From: an uncultured virus (IMG/VR IMGVR_UViG_3300032829_000001)
Taxonomy: Duplodnaviria; Heunggongvirae; Uroviricota; Caudoviricetes
Reading direction: 5' to 3' (one strand)
IMG/VR virus record: IMGVR_UViG_3300032829_000001
DNA length: 64,000 bases
A model generated the notes under the pieces. That model was not told the DNA's origin and made no database searches. It worked only from the letters and a program-made list of their open reading frames with translations. This document shows, in pieces, positions 49,225 through 60,295 of the stretch; position 1 is the first letter of the stretch; each line of letters begins with the position of its first letter. Made by a program: the position numbers and the translations under genes.

Positions 49225-50169
49225 TTAGCTCTCGACCGGCGTCGAGGCCGCGAGGTTGGCGACGGCTTCCCGCTCCTCGTCCGACGCCGAAGCGACGAGG
49301 TTCGCCATGGCGACGGACGCCTGCAGCGCCTCCAGGCGCTCGCGGATCTTGAGCTGCTGGCCGACCAGCAACTCGTACGAGCCGACCTTCTGCAGCATGT
49401 CGGCGATGCGACCCTTGCGGGTCTCCAGCGCGCGGTCACCGAGCCCGGAGGTGACCTCCTCGTCGATCTTCTTGGCCATGGCCTCGGCCTCCGCCGTGAC
49501 GGCGTCGATGATGGCGTCGGTCGCCTCGTCGTTGCGCATCGCGGGGATGCGGAACACGCGGTGGGTCTTGCCGCTGGCGGCCTCGATGGCGTCGGCCGCC
49601 TTGTTCCAGAAGTCGAGCGACTGCCGCGGGATGAAGTACACGCCGCCCGTGTCGCGCAGCGTGACCGCGTTCTTGGCCTCGGCCAGCTTGACCAGCCAGG
49701 TGGTGATGTCCTCGGGGGCAAGGAGGCCCTGCTGCGCCTGGAAGCCCGCCATCACAGTCACGAGGATGTGCGCCGCCTGCTCCTTCGTGCCGTCGACCGT
49801 GTAGAACTGTGGGCCGTTGTCTTTGACGAAGCTGATGATCTCCAGCGTCGTGTAGGCCGGCGGGACGCCCTCTGCCACGATCTCCTCGACCACCGCCCAG
49901 GTCGACGGCTCCTGCTGGGGACGCACGAGCACGCGCCGTTCCGTCTTGGCGTTGATCGTCTCGCGCGTCGCCAGGTCGAGCACGGCGCGGCGGAGCGCGG
50001 TCGCGGGCTCGGGCGCCTTGCGGAAGAGCGCCATGTCGAGCCCGGCGGCTTCCCAGGCCGCGCGCAGGTCGGCGATCTTGATGGGGGAACCCGCGCGCCA
50101 GTACGTGACGCAGCCGCAGGCTTCGACTTCGGGGGTGATCAGAAGGTCTCTCTCGGGGTTGGTGGTCAT
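49225..50169 (-). CDS. Hypothetical protein of the type accompanying MoxR-VWA modules (DUF3150-like)
   Basis: VTYW, LRDTGGVYFIP, coiled-coil C-terminus. Confidence 0.5.
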   Translation of the reverse strand: MTTNPERDLLITPEVEACGCVTYWRAGSPIKIADLRAAWEAAGLDMALFRKAPEPATALRRAVLDLATRETINAKTERRVLVRPQQEPSTWAVVEEIVAEGVPPAYTTLEIISFVKDNGPQFYTVDGTKEQAAHILVTVMAGFQAQQGLLAPEDITTWLVKLAEAKNAVTLRDTGGVYFIPRQSLDFWNKAADAIEAASGKTHRVFRIPAMRNDEATDAIIDAVTAEAEAMAKKIDEEVTSGLGDRALETRKGRIADMLQKVGSYELLVGQQLKIRERLEALQASVAMANLVASASDEEREAVANLAASTPVES

Positions 50170-50183
50170 CACACGATCTCCTT

Positions 50184-50993
50184 TCACACGATGGGGGATT
50201 GCAGTTCACGTGCCAGAGAGTCAACGGTCTTCGGGTACGGCTTGTGCGCCTTGGCGCCGAGGTGCTTGCGCAGCGCCCGATCGAGTGCCCACGCGTAACG
50301 GTGGTTACCCGGGTGGCGAAACTTGCGAGTGAGACGCGGAAGCCACACGGCGAGCCAGGCTTTGGGGTCGCCGGCCCCGAGCGGCGCCGCGCCATACCGT
50401 TCGAGCGTCGCGGCCGCGTAGCGCCAGCCCTGGTGCCCGAGCCGGATCTTCGAGATATTGCGCCGGCTGAAGAGCTTGCCGTCCGGCAGCAAGAAGTGGG
50501 GCTCGGCGCGGCTGCGGTCGAGATAGAACCCGTTGAACGCCTGGTAGATGGTGCCGACGTGCCCCGGCATCACGGTGCGCCCGTCCGTCGTGATGCGGGG
50601 GACCGGGTCCGAGAAGCTCACGACGCCCGCGACCTCGTGCCGCAGCTTCTCGAAGCACCTCGCCAGGAACCACGTCTCGCCGTTGCCCGGCACGTCGTCG
50701 AGCAGGACGAACCGCCCCAGCTCCGTGGCGTCGTTGGCCGGCACCGGAAACACGTTGGTCAGCACGGCGTTGTTGCACGGGTGGCTGAAGACCGCGACGC
50801 CGACCAGCTCTCCGTGCCGATAGAGCCCGTAGCGGAAGCGCGCCGCGGGGAAGCTCGCGCTGTAGTGATGCGCCTCGACGAACGCCTTGGCGGGGTTGTC
50901 GTCCGCGATCTCCGCGACCTCGTAGGCATGGGTCTGGATGGGCTCGCCCGCGGGGCGGTACGACGAGCGGTGGCTGCGCCAGCGTTGGTTCAT
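50184..50993 (-). CDS. Mom-like DNA modification protein (GNAT fold)
   Basis: FVEAHHYS, LVGVAVF, ELGRFVL, VVSFSDP, GHVGTIYQAFN. Confidence 0.8.
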   Translation of the reverse strand: MNQRWRSHRSSYRPAGEPIQTHAYEVAEIADDNPAKAFVEAHHYSASFPAARFRYGLYRHGELVGVAVFSHPCNNAVLTNVFPVPANDATELGRFVLLDDVPGNGETWFLARCFEKLRHEVAGVVSFSDPVPRITTDGRTVMPGHVGTIYQAFNGFYLDRSRAEPHFLLPDGKLFSRRNISKIRLGHQGWRYAAATLERYGAAPLGAGDPKAWLAVWLPRLTRKFRHPGNHRYAWALDRALRKHLGAKAHKPYPKTVDSLARELQSPIV

Positions 50994-51467
50994 AGGTAGA
51001 GCCTCACCAGTGCGTGCAGCGTCTCGTGTGTGATGCGGATGTCTGACAGCGGGGCGAGCAGCGCGCAGTCCTTGAGTAGCACCACGGCGCCAGCCGGCTC
51101 GCAGAGCGCCTCGAACACAGCCGGCACGTAGGCGCCCCGATAGAGCACCTCGACTGGCACGGCGACGAACGCCGGAAAGAGAAGCCGCCGCTCCTCCGGC
51201 GTCAGGTCGGCGAGGTTGGTCGAGCGGATCACGCGATCTCCAAGCCGGCCTCGGCCAGCATGCGAGTGAGCAGCTCAGTCAATGCGTCCGTGGGAATGCA
51301 GGCGCGGTCCTGTCCACAGAGAATCGACAGGGCCTTCTCGGCAATCAGCGCGCGACGGATGTCTGGCACGAGCCAGTTCCATCCGTCGCCGACACGCTTG
51401 CGAACGTCCTTTACGAAGAGCCGCACCTGCCCATCACTCCAGTGCTGCTCTTTCGATCCCGTGGCCA

Positions 51468-51676
51468 TGTGCCAGCAACATAGCACATGCTGTGCCGGCC
51501 GGGGAAGGGGGTTTCGCAAGTCATCTAATATGCCACCGCGGTTACCACAGTGGCAAAAGTGGCCCACCGGGCTGCCACAGGGCGGGCGTTTTCGGCACAC
51601 TCGGCCGTTGCGCTGCGTGAAAGTTCTAGACAAGCAGGTGGCATTCGATATGCTTTGTTCCTGGCACAACGGAGGC
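51468..51676. promoter_or_regulatory. Divergent promoter region with two copies of TGCT(A/T)TGTT(C/G)CTGGCA(C/T)A
   Basis: Minus-strand copy 51468-51485, plus-strand copy 51651-51668; TAGACA-16-TATGCT. Confidence 0.6.
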
Positions 51677-51683
51677 CACGACC

Positions 51684-52850
51684 ATGAACCAGAAGATCCT
51701 GCACGCTCTCTTTTTCTGTCCCAGCCCGGAAGGGCACTGGGGCTTGCCCGCGCTCTTTCGCGGCGAGCCCGGCACCGGCAAGACCGCCAACATCAAGGCG
51801 GTCGCGAAGGCGTCCGGCCTGTTCTCGTACCGCATCTCGCCCGGAGAGCGCGGCGAGGGCCAGTTCGGTGTCGTGCCCGTTCCCGGCGCCGACGGGTTCC
51901 TGCACTACCCCCCGCCCGACTGGGCACACACGCTGGAGGAGAACGGCGGCATCCTGTTCGTGGACGAGCTGAACACCGCCCCACCTGCGCTCCAGTCCGC
52001 GCTGCTCGGGCTCGTGCAGCTCCGCACCATCGGGTCGTTCGTCTTCAACAAGCGCGTGCGGGTCATCGGCGCCACCAACAGCACAGAGGACGCGGCCGGC
52101 GGCTGGGACCTGCCCCCCGCGCTCGCGAACCGCTTCGGCCACTACGCGTTCGAGGGCATGGACGCCCCGAGCTGGGTGGAGGGGCTCATCGGCGGCTTCG
52201 GCAGCGACACGGAGGCGGCCACCCCGCCCGATCCCAGTGTCGAGGAGGCGCGCGTGATGGCAGCCTGGCCGGGCGCCAGCGCGGCGGCCCGCGGCCTCAT
52301 CGGCGGCTTCATCTTCCGGCGCCCCGAGCTGCTGCACAAGCGCCCGGCGCAGGGCAGCTCGCACGCGTCGATGGCCTGGCCGTCGCGCCGGTCGGTCGAG
52401 TACGCGGCCGTCGCCCTGGCCTCGGCCCGCGTGCACGGGCTGAACGAGATCGATACCGACGAGCTGCTCTCGGGCTTCGTCGGCCAGGCGTGGGTCACGG
52501 AGTTCCGCGTCTGGCAGAACCTCGTCGACCTGCCCGACCCGGCCGACCTGCTGGACGGCAAGGTCAAGTTCACGCACGACGAGCACCGGCTCGACCGCTC
52601 GCTCGCGACCCTGGGCGCCTGCACCGCGCTCGTCATCCCCGACAAGGCGGCGAACCGCGCGGCTCGCGCGGCGGCCTGCTGGCGGCTGGTCGACCAGATC
52701 AGCAAGACCACAGCGGACATCGCGGTCCCGAGCGCTCGCGCGCTCTGCGTCGCGAAGATCGTCGAGACGGTCGTCGGCAAGGAGTGGGCGACCAGCGGCA
52801 AGCCGGCGCTCTCGCGGCTCCTCCCCCTCCTGAGCGAGACCTTCGGCTAA
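51684..52850 (+). CDS. MoxR-like AAA+ ATPase
   Basis: GEPGTGKT, LFVDE, GATN, LPPALANRF. Confidence 0.88.
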   Translation: MNQKILHALFFCPSPEGHWGLPALFRGEPGTGKTANIKAVAKASGLFSYRISPGERGEGQFGVVPVPGADGFLHYPPPDWAHTLEENGGILFVDELNTAPPALQSALLGLVQLRTIGSFVFNKRVRVIGATNSTEDAAGGWDLPPALANRFGHYAFEGMDAPSWVEGLIGGFGSDTEAATPPDPSVEEARVMAAWPGASAAARGLIGGFIFRRPELLHKRPAQGSSHASMAWPSRRSVEYAAVALASARVHGLNEIDTDELLSGFVGQAWVTEFRVWQNLVDLPDPADLLDGKVKFTHDEHRLDRSLATLGACTALVIPDKAANRAARAAACWRLVDQISKTTADIAVPSARALCVAKIVETVVGKEWATSGKPALSRLLPLLSETFG

Positions 52851-54190
52851 TGGCTCTCTCGGCCAAAGACAAGCTCGCCGCCGCGATCATCCGGGTCGTC
52901 GATCCGGGCAAGCGCAGCAACGGGCAGCAGATCGGCGTCGCGCCGTACTTCGGCGTGGTCCTGCGGGGGCTCATTCGCCGCGAGATCACGGCGGACCAGG
53001 CCGCGATCATGGAGGCGCTGGGCATGACCCCGACGCTCGCCGTGAGCAAAGACGCAGTGCTGTGGTGGAGCCCGAAGTTCGTCGAGAAGACGCCCATCGA
53101 CGAGCTGGCTGGGGTGCTCGTGCACGAGGCGATGCACATCGTCCTCAAGCACAGCGACCGGGCCACGTCGCTCGGCATCGTCCCCGACGCGTCGATCGAG
53201 ACCTTCTCGAAGGCGCGCCGGTGGAACGTAGCCGCGGACCTCGCCATCAACTGTGACGTGCGGAAGATGGCGCCGCTGCCGAAGGACGGCTGCTTCCCCG
53301 AGCAGTTCGGCTTCCCCGAGGGCCTCACCGCGGAGGCGTACTATCGCCTGCTCCAGGAGGACGAGAAGAAGCAACAGGGCAGCGGGAAGGGTGAGGGGAA
53401 GCCCAAGCCGGGCGGCGCCGCCAAGGGGCACTGCGGGGGCTGCACCAACCACCCGATGCCGGGCGAGCCAGTGCCGGGCACGAGCAAGAGCGAGGGGCGT
53501 TCCGAGGCCGAGCTGGAGCGCATCCGTCGCGCGACGGCCGAGGCGATCAAGGAGTACGGCTCCAAGGCGCGCGGCACGGTCCCGGCGAGCCTGGAGCGCT
53601 GGGCCGACGAGCAGCTCGCGCCGCCGAAGATCCCCTGGCGGACCAAGCTCGCGCGGCTCGTGCGCGGCGCGGTCGCGTATCGGAGCGGGGCGGTCGACTA
53701 CACGTTCGGTCGGGTCTCGCGCCGGCAGAGTGGCGTCGGGTTCGGCACGGGGCGCCCGGTCATCCCTGCGCTGCACGCGCCGCAGCCCAAGGTCGCCTGC
53801 GTGATCGACACCAGCGGGTCGATGAGCGGCGACGCTCTGTCCGAGGCGCTCTCCGAGGTGCAGGGTGTGCTGAAGGCGGTGGGCGCGAATATAACTCTGT
53901 GCATCTGCGACGCAGAGGTGCACGGCATCAAGCCGATCGCCACCATCCGCGAGGCGCGCTCGATGCTCAAGGGCGGCGGCGGGACAGCCATGGAACCGGC
54001 GCTGGCCGCGGTCGAGAAGCTGAAGGACAAGCCCACGGTCTGCATCGTCGTGACGGACGGCTACATCGACCAGCCGCCGGAGCCGAGCTTCTCGGTCATA
54101 TGGACGATAGTTGGTGGCAATGCCAACTTCGAGATGCCGTACGGCGAGGTCGTGCACGTCGACGACGCCGCTGGGGAGAAGGCGGCGTGA
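52850..54190 (+). CDS. Putative metallopeptidase (DUF2201-like) plus VWA domain
   Basis: VLVHEAMH, NVAADLAIN, IDTSGSM (MIDAS), GGGGT, VTDGY. Confidence 0.85.
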   Translation: MALSAKDKLAAAIIRVVDPGKRSNGQQIGVAPYFGVVLRGLIRREITADQAAIMEALGMTPTLAVSKDAVLWWSPKFVEKTPIDELAGVLVHEAMHIVLKHSDRATSLGIVPDASIETFSKARRWNVAADLAINCDVRKMAPLPKDGCFPEQFGFPEGLTAEAYYRLLQEDEKKQQGSGKGEGKPKPGGAAKGHCGGCTNHPMPGEPVPGTSKSEGRSEAELERIRRATAEAIKEYGSKARGTVPASLERWADEQLAPPKIPWRTKLARLVRGAVAYRSGAVDYTFGRVSRRQSGVGFGTGRPVIPALHAPQPKVACVIDTSGSMSGDALSEALSEVQGVLKAVGANITLCICDAEVHGIKPIATIREARSMLKGGGGTAMEPALAAVEKLKDKPTVCIVVTDGYIDQPPEPSFSVIWTIVGGNANFEMPYGEVVHVDDAAGEKAA

Positions 54191-55575
54191 AGACGCACGC
54201 TGAGCGGGCCGCGCTGCTGCTCCAGGCTGCCTGCCGGCACCCGTACCTCGTGCTGCGTGCAGCACGGCAACTGGCACGCGCGCAACCGAGTACCGTGCTG
54301 ACCGGCGACTACGCCCCGCTCTTCTGCTGGCTGTGGCAAAACGCCATCGCCTCTGCAGCGCGCGGGGTTCCCGCTCCGCACGGTGAGGAGCTTCTTCAGC
54401 GCGCCGTCGCCGAAATCAAGGCTCGGTTCACTCCTGACGGGAGACCTTTGCAATGAGACTCGCTCTTCTCCAGTCGCTCACCTGCGAGGTCTGCGACCAG
54501 AACCTCGACGACCGGCGGCGCCACACCACGCGGATCGCCACCAAGCTGTTCGGCGCCGCCGCCTACGCCGTCTGCCCGTGCTGCGGCCAGGAGGTCGCGC
54601 CCCAGCACCAGACCGGCGCGTACCGGCGCCGCGCTCGCGAGCACCTGGCCGGCGAGCGCCCCGCCGAGCGCCCGGGGCTCACGCTCTACGCGCGGCGAGG
54701 CAAGGACGGGTTCCAGTGGGTCTACAGGGAGGCGCGACGGCGATGAAGCCTGGTGCGTACCGCGAGAAGGCCGTCCCGCCCTGGTACTGCAACTGCGGTA
54801 ACCCGCGCGGCTTCGAGGCGAGCGTGTTCCGTGCACAGGGCCTCGTGCCGCTGATGATCGGCCAGACGTATCGCGCACTGGTCAGGTCTGCCGGGTTCGA
54901 GCCAAAAACAGGGCATGACGATGTCAAGGGCGACAAGTGGTTGTGGGTTCACCCTGCGCTCGCGCGCCTGATTCCGAGCGGCCTGCCGATCAGCGTGCGC
55001 GAGGCAGCATGCCGAAGGATCGGCGAGCTGCCACTGTCGGAGCGCCTCGCCAAGCTCGATGAGCTGCTCGCGGTCATGTACCTGGCTGGCCCCGAAACTG
55101 CAGTCGAGACGGTGCTGCGATGAAGACCAACGACGCACAGTACGACGAGGCGCTCAAGCAGCTCGCGCGGGCGTTGCGCAAGACGGCCGGCACAGAGGGG
55201 CGGCCTCGCGCGCGCCGGAACGCACGGCAGCTCGCGCTCAAGGAGCTGCGGCACGTGCGGGCGCTGCTCGATGAGAAGGCCCCGGCGATCGTGAACCGGG
55301 CCGGCGTGCAGCGGCTCAAGACGTTCGAGGGCAAAGAGGCGCGGCTCAAGAAGGCGGGCTACGCGCCGAGCAATGGCGGCCTAGCTGCCTTCGCCGCCGC
55401 GGGCGTTCCCATTCGCCGGATCGTTCACCGAGGACGCGTGCCGCAATACTACGTCCCGCGCTGGGCGCTCGCGATCGGGCCGGACAACCCCACCAAGCTC
55501 CGTGCCGCGAAGAAGGACCCACTGCTGCGCAAGAGCGTGGTGGCCGACCAGATGTTGCGAAACTCAGCAGTCTAA
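54187..55575 (+). other. Four coupled hypothetical genes
   Basis: 54187-54456, 54453-54746, 54743-55123, 55120-55575 with overlapping stops and starts. Confidence 0.5.
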
Positions 55576-55599
55576 GACCGACAAACCAGGAGGACGACA

Positions 55600-56897
55600 A
55601 TGGAGACGAAGCGAGAGATCAAGGTTGCGAAGGGAACGCAGATAACGCGCACGATTACCGACGACGACGGTAATCGGACGTTCGCACAGGTGACGACGAT
55701 CAGTGATGATGATGGCTTTGCCACACCTGTTTCCGACGACTGCAGATTGAGACTGGACTACGAGGGCAAGGCGTGGGTCCGAGGCTGGACAGGTCCGATC
55801 GTCACCGCATTCAAGCGAACCATCGTCGCCGAGGATCGTAAGCGAAAGCTCGACAAGTCGAAGCGCGAACGCGACGAAAGCGCGAAGCGCACCGCCGTCG
55901 CGACCAAGCGTCTCCAGGAGGCAGCCGCAGCCGTGAAGCAGGCCAAGCTGCCGCGGGAGCTGCGCCCCATCGCGTTCATGGCGCTGCTGGGTCCGTACCC
56001 GACCGCGATGATGATGCGCCCCTGGATGTAGCGTGGTCTCTCCGGGCACACGGGTGATGCTGGTCTACCTGCCGACGGGCGCGCCCCCCGAGGTGCACCC
56101 TGCGCAGGTAGTCGATCTGTGCATGGGCGAGTGGGCGGGGTACTTCCGCGCGGAGACTAGATTCACCATCATGCTGGCCAAGCTCGATCTCCGCAACATC
56201 ACCTGGACGCTGGGCCACTCGGCCGACACGGGTGCCGCGCTGCTCGCGACGTATCTGCTGTGGGCGTCCGCGCGGGAGTCGGTGGCAGGATGAACACGCT
56301 CCCATACATCGGCTGCGCGCTGACCATCATCGACCCGGGCCCGATGCGGCCGCACAGCAAGTACGGCGGGTCCGCGCCACGCCGCCACCGCGATGGCACG
56401 CCCCGCCTCATGAAGGTGGTAGTCGAGGCGATGCGCGGGCTCGCTGGCTTCGACATCGAGAACGCAACAGGCGTCAAGTACGTCGGGGCCGCCGACACCG
56501 CGATCCTGTGGCGCGCCGGCAGCCGGACGGGCCGGGTGCTCCTGAGCCGCGAGGGCACGGAATGGGTTCGCGGCCACGGGCCGGCGGCGCGGGACTCGCT
56601 GCTCGCCATGCGGATGTTGGTGGGGTCGGTATGAAGATCGGCGACAAGATCACCACCATTCTGCCGGATGGTCGCCCGATGCACGCGACGGTCACGGCTC
56701 TGCGCCCGCTGATCGGAACGACACCGTTCGAGGGTTTTGCCTGGGACATCGCCGACAACCACGGTCGGGGCTCGTACTATCGGTTCGACCGCGTGGGCAT
56801 CGACTGGATCCACGGCTGGCACTCGTCCGGATCGGAGGACTTCGACGCGTTTCTTGCAGCTCGGTTGTTGATCCTCAGCCAAGGAGACCGGCGATGA
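55600..56897 (+). repeat. Third cluster of EGxxW...AA family genes (4 members)
   Basis: 55600-56031 YEGKAWVRGW; 56033-56293 NITWTLGH..ALLA; 56290-56634 EGTEWVRGH..SLLA; 56631-56897 VGIDWIHGWH..AFLAA. Confidence 0.7.
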
Positions 56898-57211
56898 TCC
56901 TTCAGGACGTCTTCCACTACTACCACCTCGCGGCTGCGCTCGGGCACATGTACCTGGCTGCGGACCGCCGGACCTACGGGCTCGACATCATCACGTGCCG
57001 GCGCGTGCGGCTCGGGGACTGCAGCCGGCGAGCAGAGGACTGGCGCAAGTGTGGGGCGCGCGCCGCACGGGTGACGATGGACCGAGGATTCGCTGCTGCC
57101 GAAGCCCGGCTAGATGCACAGAGGAGAATGCTGTTCGACCCAGACGAAGAGAGACAGCGGCGGGAGAGAAGCGAGGCGATCGCACGCTGGGAGCGGCAGG
57201 CGAACTGAGCG

Positions 57212-57861
57212 ATGAAGGGCAAGCAGCTCATTGCCACGGTGCTCGAAGGGATCAGGATGACGCCGTTCCGTCAGTACCTGACTAGCGACGGCAAGCTGGT
57301 GTGCACCTGCAAGTCGCTCGTGTCCGCAATCGAGTTCGCGGGAGTGGCGTGGTCCAGCAAGGACTGCTGCCGCCACATCGCGTGGTTGTTCGAACGACCG
57401 TCGAGTCCAGACATCTGCATCACCTTCACACCGCTCGGCCGGGAGGAGTTCGATTGGAGACTCGCCGCCCGAAAGCTGGAAGCGAGCGCCCAATGAGGCC
57501 CCTTGTTCGGTTGCGCATCCAGGCGGCACAGCTCCACACGGACGAGGCGTGGCACACGATCTCGTACGGCGCCAAGCAGGTCGTTCAGTGCTCATGCGGG
57601 GGCCGCGTTGTCGACCTACCCGAGACCGGAGAGTACGACGGCGGCGGGTGCTCGCACATCGTGGCGTTGTACGGCGGCCATTTGACGGAGGACACGTCTG
57701 TGGTTGTCCGCTCGGCTGAGGCTCTCGACGAGGTCTTGCTGCGACCGAACGACAACAGGCCGTGGCTCGCGCAACTTACCCCTCTGGGCCGCGAAATGTT
57801 CTCGTGGCGCTGGGCCATGAAGAAGCTCGTCTCAAGTTCGCCGGAGGGCCGGTCGAGATGA
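57212..57861 (+). CDS. Two tandem paralogues with SWIM-like zinc finger (57212-57496, 57493-57861)
   Basis: CxC...CxHI and TPLGRExFxWR.A.+KL in both. Confidence 0.6.
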
Positions 57862-58024
57862 GCAATATGCAATGCACCCAGGACGAGCATGACCGGCTCC
57901 GGACTGACCCGCGTGGGCGCACCGTCTTCCGTGGCGTGCAGCAGGACGACGCCGGCATTCCTCTTTTCGAACTGCACGACTGCCCATCATGCGGCAGCAC
58001 CCTTGCAATCCCACTCCAGGAGGA

Positions 58025-59272
58025 ATGATGCTCGACCTGATCGAAGACCGCTCCGCCAGTGTCACCGTCATCGGCGCCGGGTACGTTGGACTGCCGCTCG
58101 CTCTCGCGTTCGCCCGCACCGGCTTTCGAGTTCAGGTCTACGACCACGACGAGGACCGCATAGCGAAGTTGAAGCGGGGCGAGTCGTACATCGAAGACGT
58201 GAAGAACGAGGAGCTGCGGCTGATCGACCCGCTCGACTTCACCACGGACCGGAACGCTCTCACCGCCGACATCGTCATCGTCTGCGTCCCCACGCCGCTC
58301 AACAAGACGCGCGAGCCGGACCACACAGCGGTGCTCGCAGCCGCAGACGAGATCGTGCGCTTCGGTAAGAACCCCCAGCTCGTCATCCTGGAGAGCACGA
58401 CGTTTCCCGGCTTCACGCGCGAGGTGCTGTTGCCCAAGCTGGAAGTCCGCAAGCTCGACCGCGGCTTCTGGCTCGCGTTCTCCCCCGAGCGGATCGACCC
58501 CGGCAACAAGACGCACACGATCGGGTCCGTGCCGAAGGTCGTGGGCGGCTGCTCGAAGCAGAGTCTCGCGCTCGCGCAGGCGATCTACAGCACGATCACG
58601 AGAGTGGTTCCGGTCTCGTCCACCGACACGGCCGAGATGACCAAGCTGGTGGAGAACACGTTCCGCGCGGTCAACATCGCGCTCATCAACGAGGTCGCCA
58701 TCATGTGCAAGCGCCTCGGCGTCGACACGCGCGAGGTCGTCGATGCGGCGGCCACCAAGCCGTTCGGCTTCATGCCGTTCTATCCGGGCCCGGGGATCGG
58801 TGGCCACTGCATCCCGATCGATCCCCTCTACCTCTCCTGGAAGCTGCGCACGCTTGGCCCCGCGCCGCGGTTCATCGAGCTGGCGGATGAGATCAACCGC
58901 GGGATGCCCGAGCACGTCGTGGGGCTCGTGGCGGAGGCGCTGAACGACATCGGCCTGGCGGTCAAGAAGTCGCGCATCCTGATCGTGGGTGTGGCGTACA
59001 AGCGCGACATTTCCGACACACGGGAGAGCCCGGCGCTCGACATCATCGCCGAGCTGGAGCGCCGCGGAGCTGTCATCGACTACTGCGACGTGCACGTCCC
59101 CGAGCTGGGCGGTCGGCGCAGCACGTGCGCGGCTGGCGGCCGGGCCTGGGACTGCGGCGTCATCGTCACGGACCACAGCGGGCAGCACTACGAACTACTG
59201 CCCGAGATGTGCCGAGTCGTGGTCGACACGCGGGGGGTCCTCCGGGGCGTCCCTGGCGTAGTGCAGCTTTAG
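58025..59272 (+). CDS. UDP-GlcNAc 6-dehydrogenase, WbpA/WecC-like
   Basis: IGAGYVGLP, CVPTP, LESTT, FSPERIDPGN, KLVENTFR, GPGIGGHCIP, YKRDISDTRESPA. Confidence 0.92.
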   Translation: MMLDLIEDRSASVTVIGAGYVGLPLALAFARTGFRVQVYDHDEDRIAKLKRGESYIEDVKNEELRLIDPLDFTTDRNALTADIVIVCVPTPLNKTREPDHTAVLAAADEIVRFGKNPQLVILESTTFPGFTREVLLPKLEVRKLDRGFWLAFSPERIDPGNKTHTIGSVPKVVGGCSKQSLALAQAIYSTITRVVPVSSTDTAEMTKLVENTFRAVNIALINEVAIMCKRLGVDTREVVDAAATKPFGFMPFYPGPGIGGHCIPIDPLYLSWKLRTLGPAPRFIELADEINRGMPEHVVGLVAEALNDIGLAVKKSRILIVGVAYKRDISDTRESPALDIIAELERRGAVIDYCDVHVPELGGRRSTCAAGGRAWDCGVIVTDHSGQHYELLPEMCRVVVDTRGVLRGVPGVVQL

Positions 59273-59364
59273 GGGCCGTGACTGGACGGCCCGGCGGGCG
59301 TGCCGGACAGGCACAGGCCACATCGGGGCACCGCGGTAATTTAGGTGTTGCGCCGGCACAGAGT

Positions 59365-59388
59365 ATGCTATGTTCCTGGCATAGGAGG
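59365..59388 (+). promoter_or_regulatory. Third copy of the TGCTATGTTCCTGGCATA motif plus RBS
   Basis: ATGCTATGTTCCTGGCATAGGAGG before the ATG at 59397. Confidence 0.6.
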
Positions 59389-60295
59389 TAGGGACCATGG
59401 CGAGGTTTGGTATCTGGATCAACAACGCACAGACCTGGGCGTATCTGCCGTACACGTTCGTGCCGCGCGCCTTCGAGTCGCTGGCGGCCGCCGCGGCGTG
59501 GCTCGTCGCTTCGGGATTCACCAACAGCACAGACGCGACCGTTCACCTGAGCGCGTACGTGTCGGAGCTGCCCCAGAGCAGCAGGAAGGCGGCGTAGCCA
59601 TGGCGTTCGCGCCACGCATCGGCCACCAGGCGATGGAGTTCTCGGGCGGTGGAGGAGGCGCCGTGGCGTACGTCAGCCCCGACCAGAACCCGCGGCAGTA
59701 CGAGCAGCACTTCGACTGCGCCACCACAATCGCGCTGCTGAAGGCGGCGATCGCGGCGCTCGAAGGCGGCGACGGCATCGAGGCCACCCAGGCGTGCGGC
59801 GCGGCCTGGTTCCGCATCAGCACCTTCCACCACAGCGGGGCGCGGCGATGACCCGCATCGGCACCTGCGCGACCTGTGGCGGCGACATCATGCTCGTCTT
59901 CTTCGACGCCAATAACGGCTGCCGCTTCTGCATCGAGTGCGGCCGCCGCGGGCCCAACGCGCCGGTGGTCGAGGAGCAGACCTTCGTCGACCCCGAAGAG
60001 CCGACCGCCGTCGACTTCCTGTCTCCCGAAGAGGTCACGCGGATCGGCGCGCCCGACCCGGGGCTGATCGAGATCGCACGAAAGGAGCCGTCGTGAGCAT
60101 CTCTGCCTACCGCGTCCACCAGGCAATGCAGGACGCGCCGCACGACGGGAAGGACTTCCGCCAGGCACGCGCCGCGGTCGCCAACGTCCTGGCGCAGATC
60201 GCGGCGCTCAACTCCGAGCAGCTCGCCGAACTCGGGCTGCAGCGCATCAGCGGCACGCCACCTGCTACTACCGGACCCGAGAAAGGACCCACGTC

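Noticed and set aside
51260..52849. N-terminal half of the 976-aa ORF
   Set aside because: Overlaps the AAA ATPase in another frame; the real gene starts at the ATG at 52850 (TAATG coupling)
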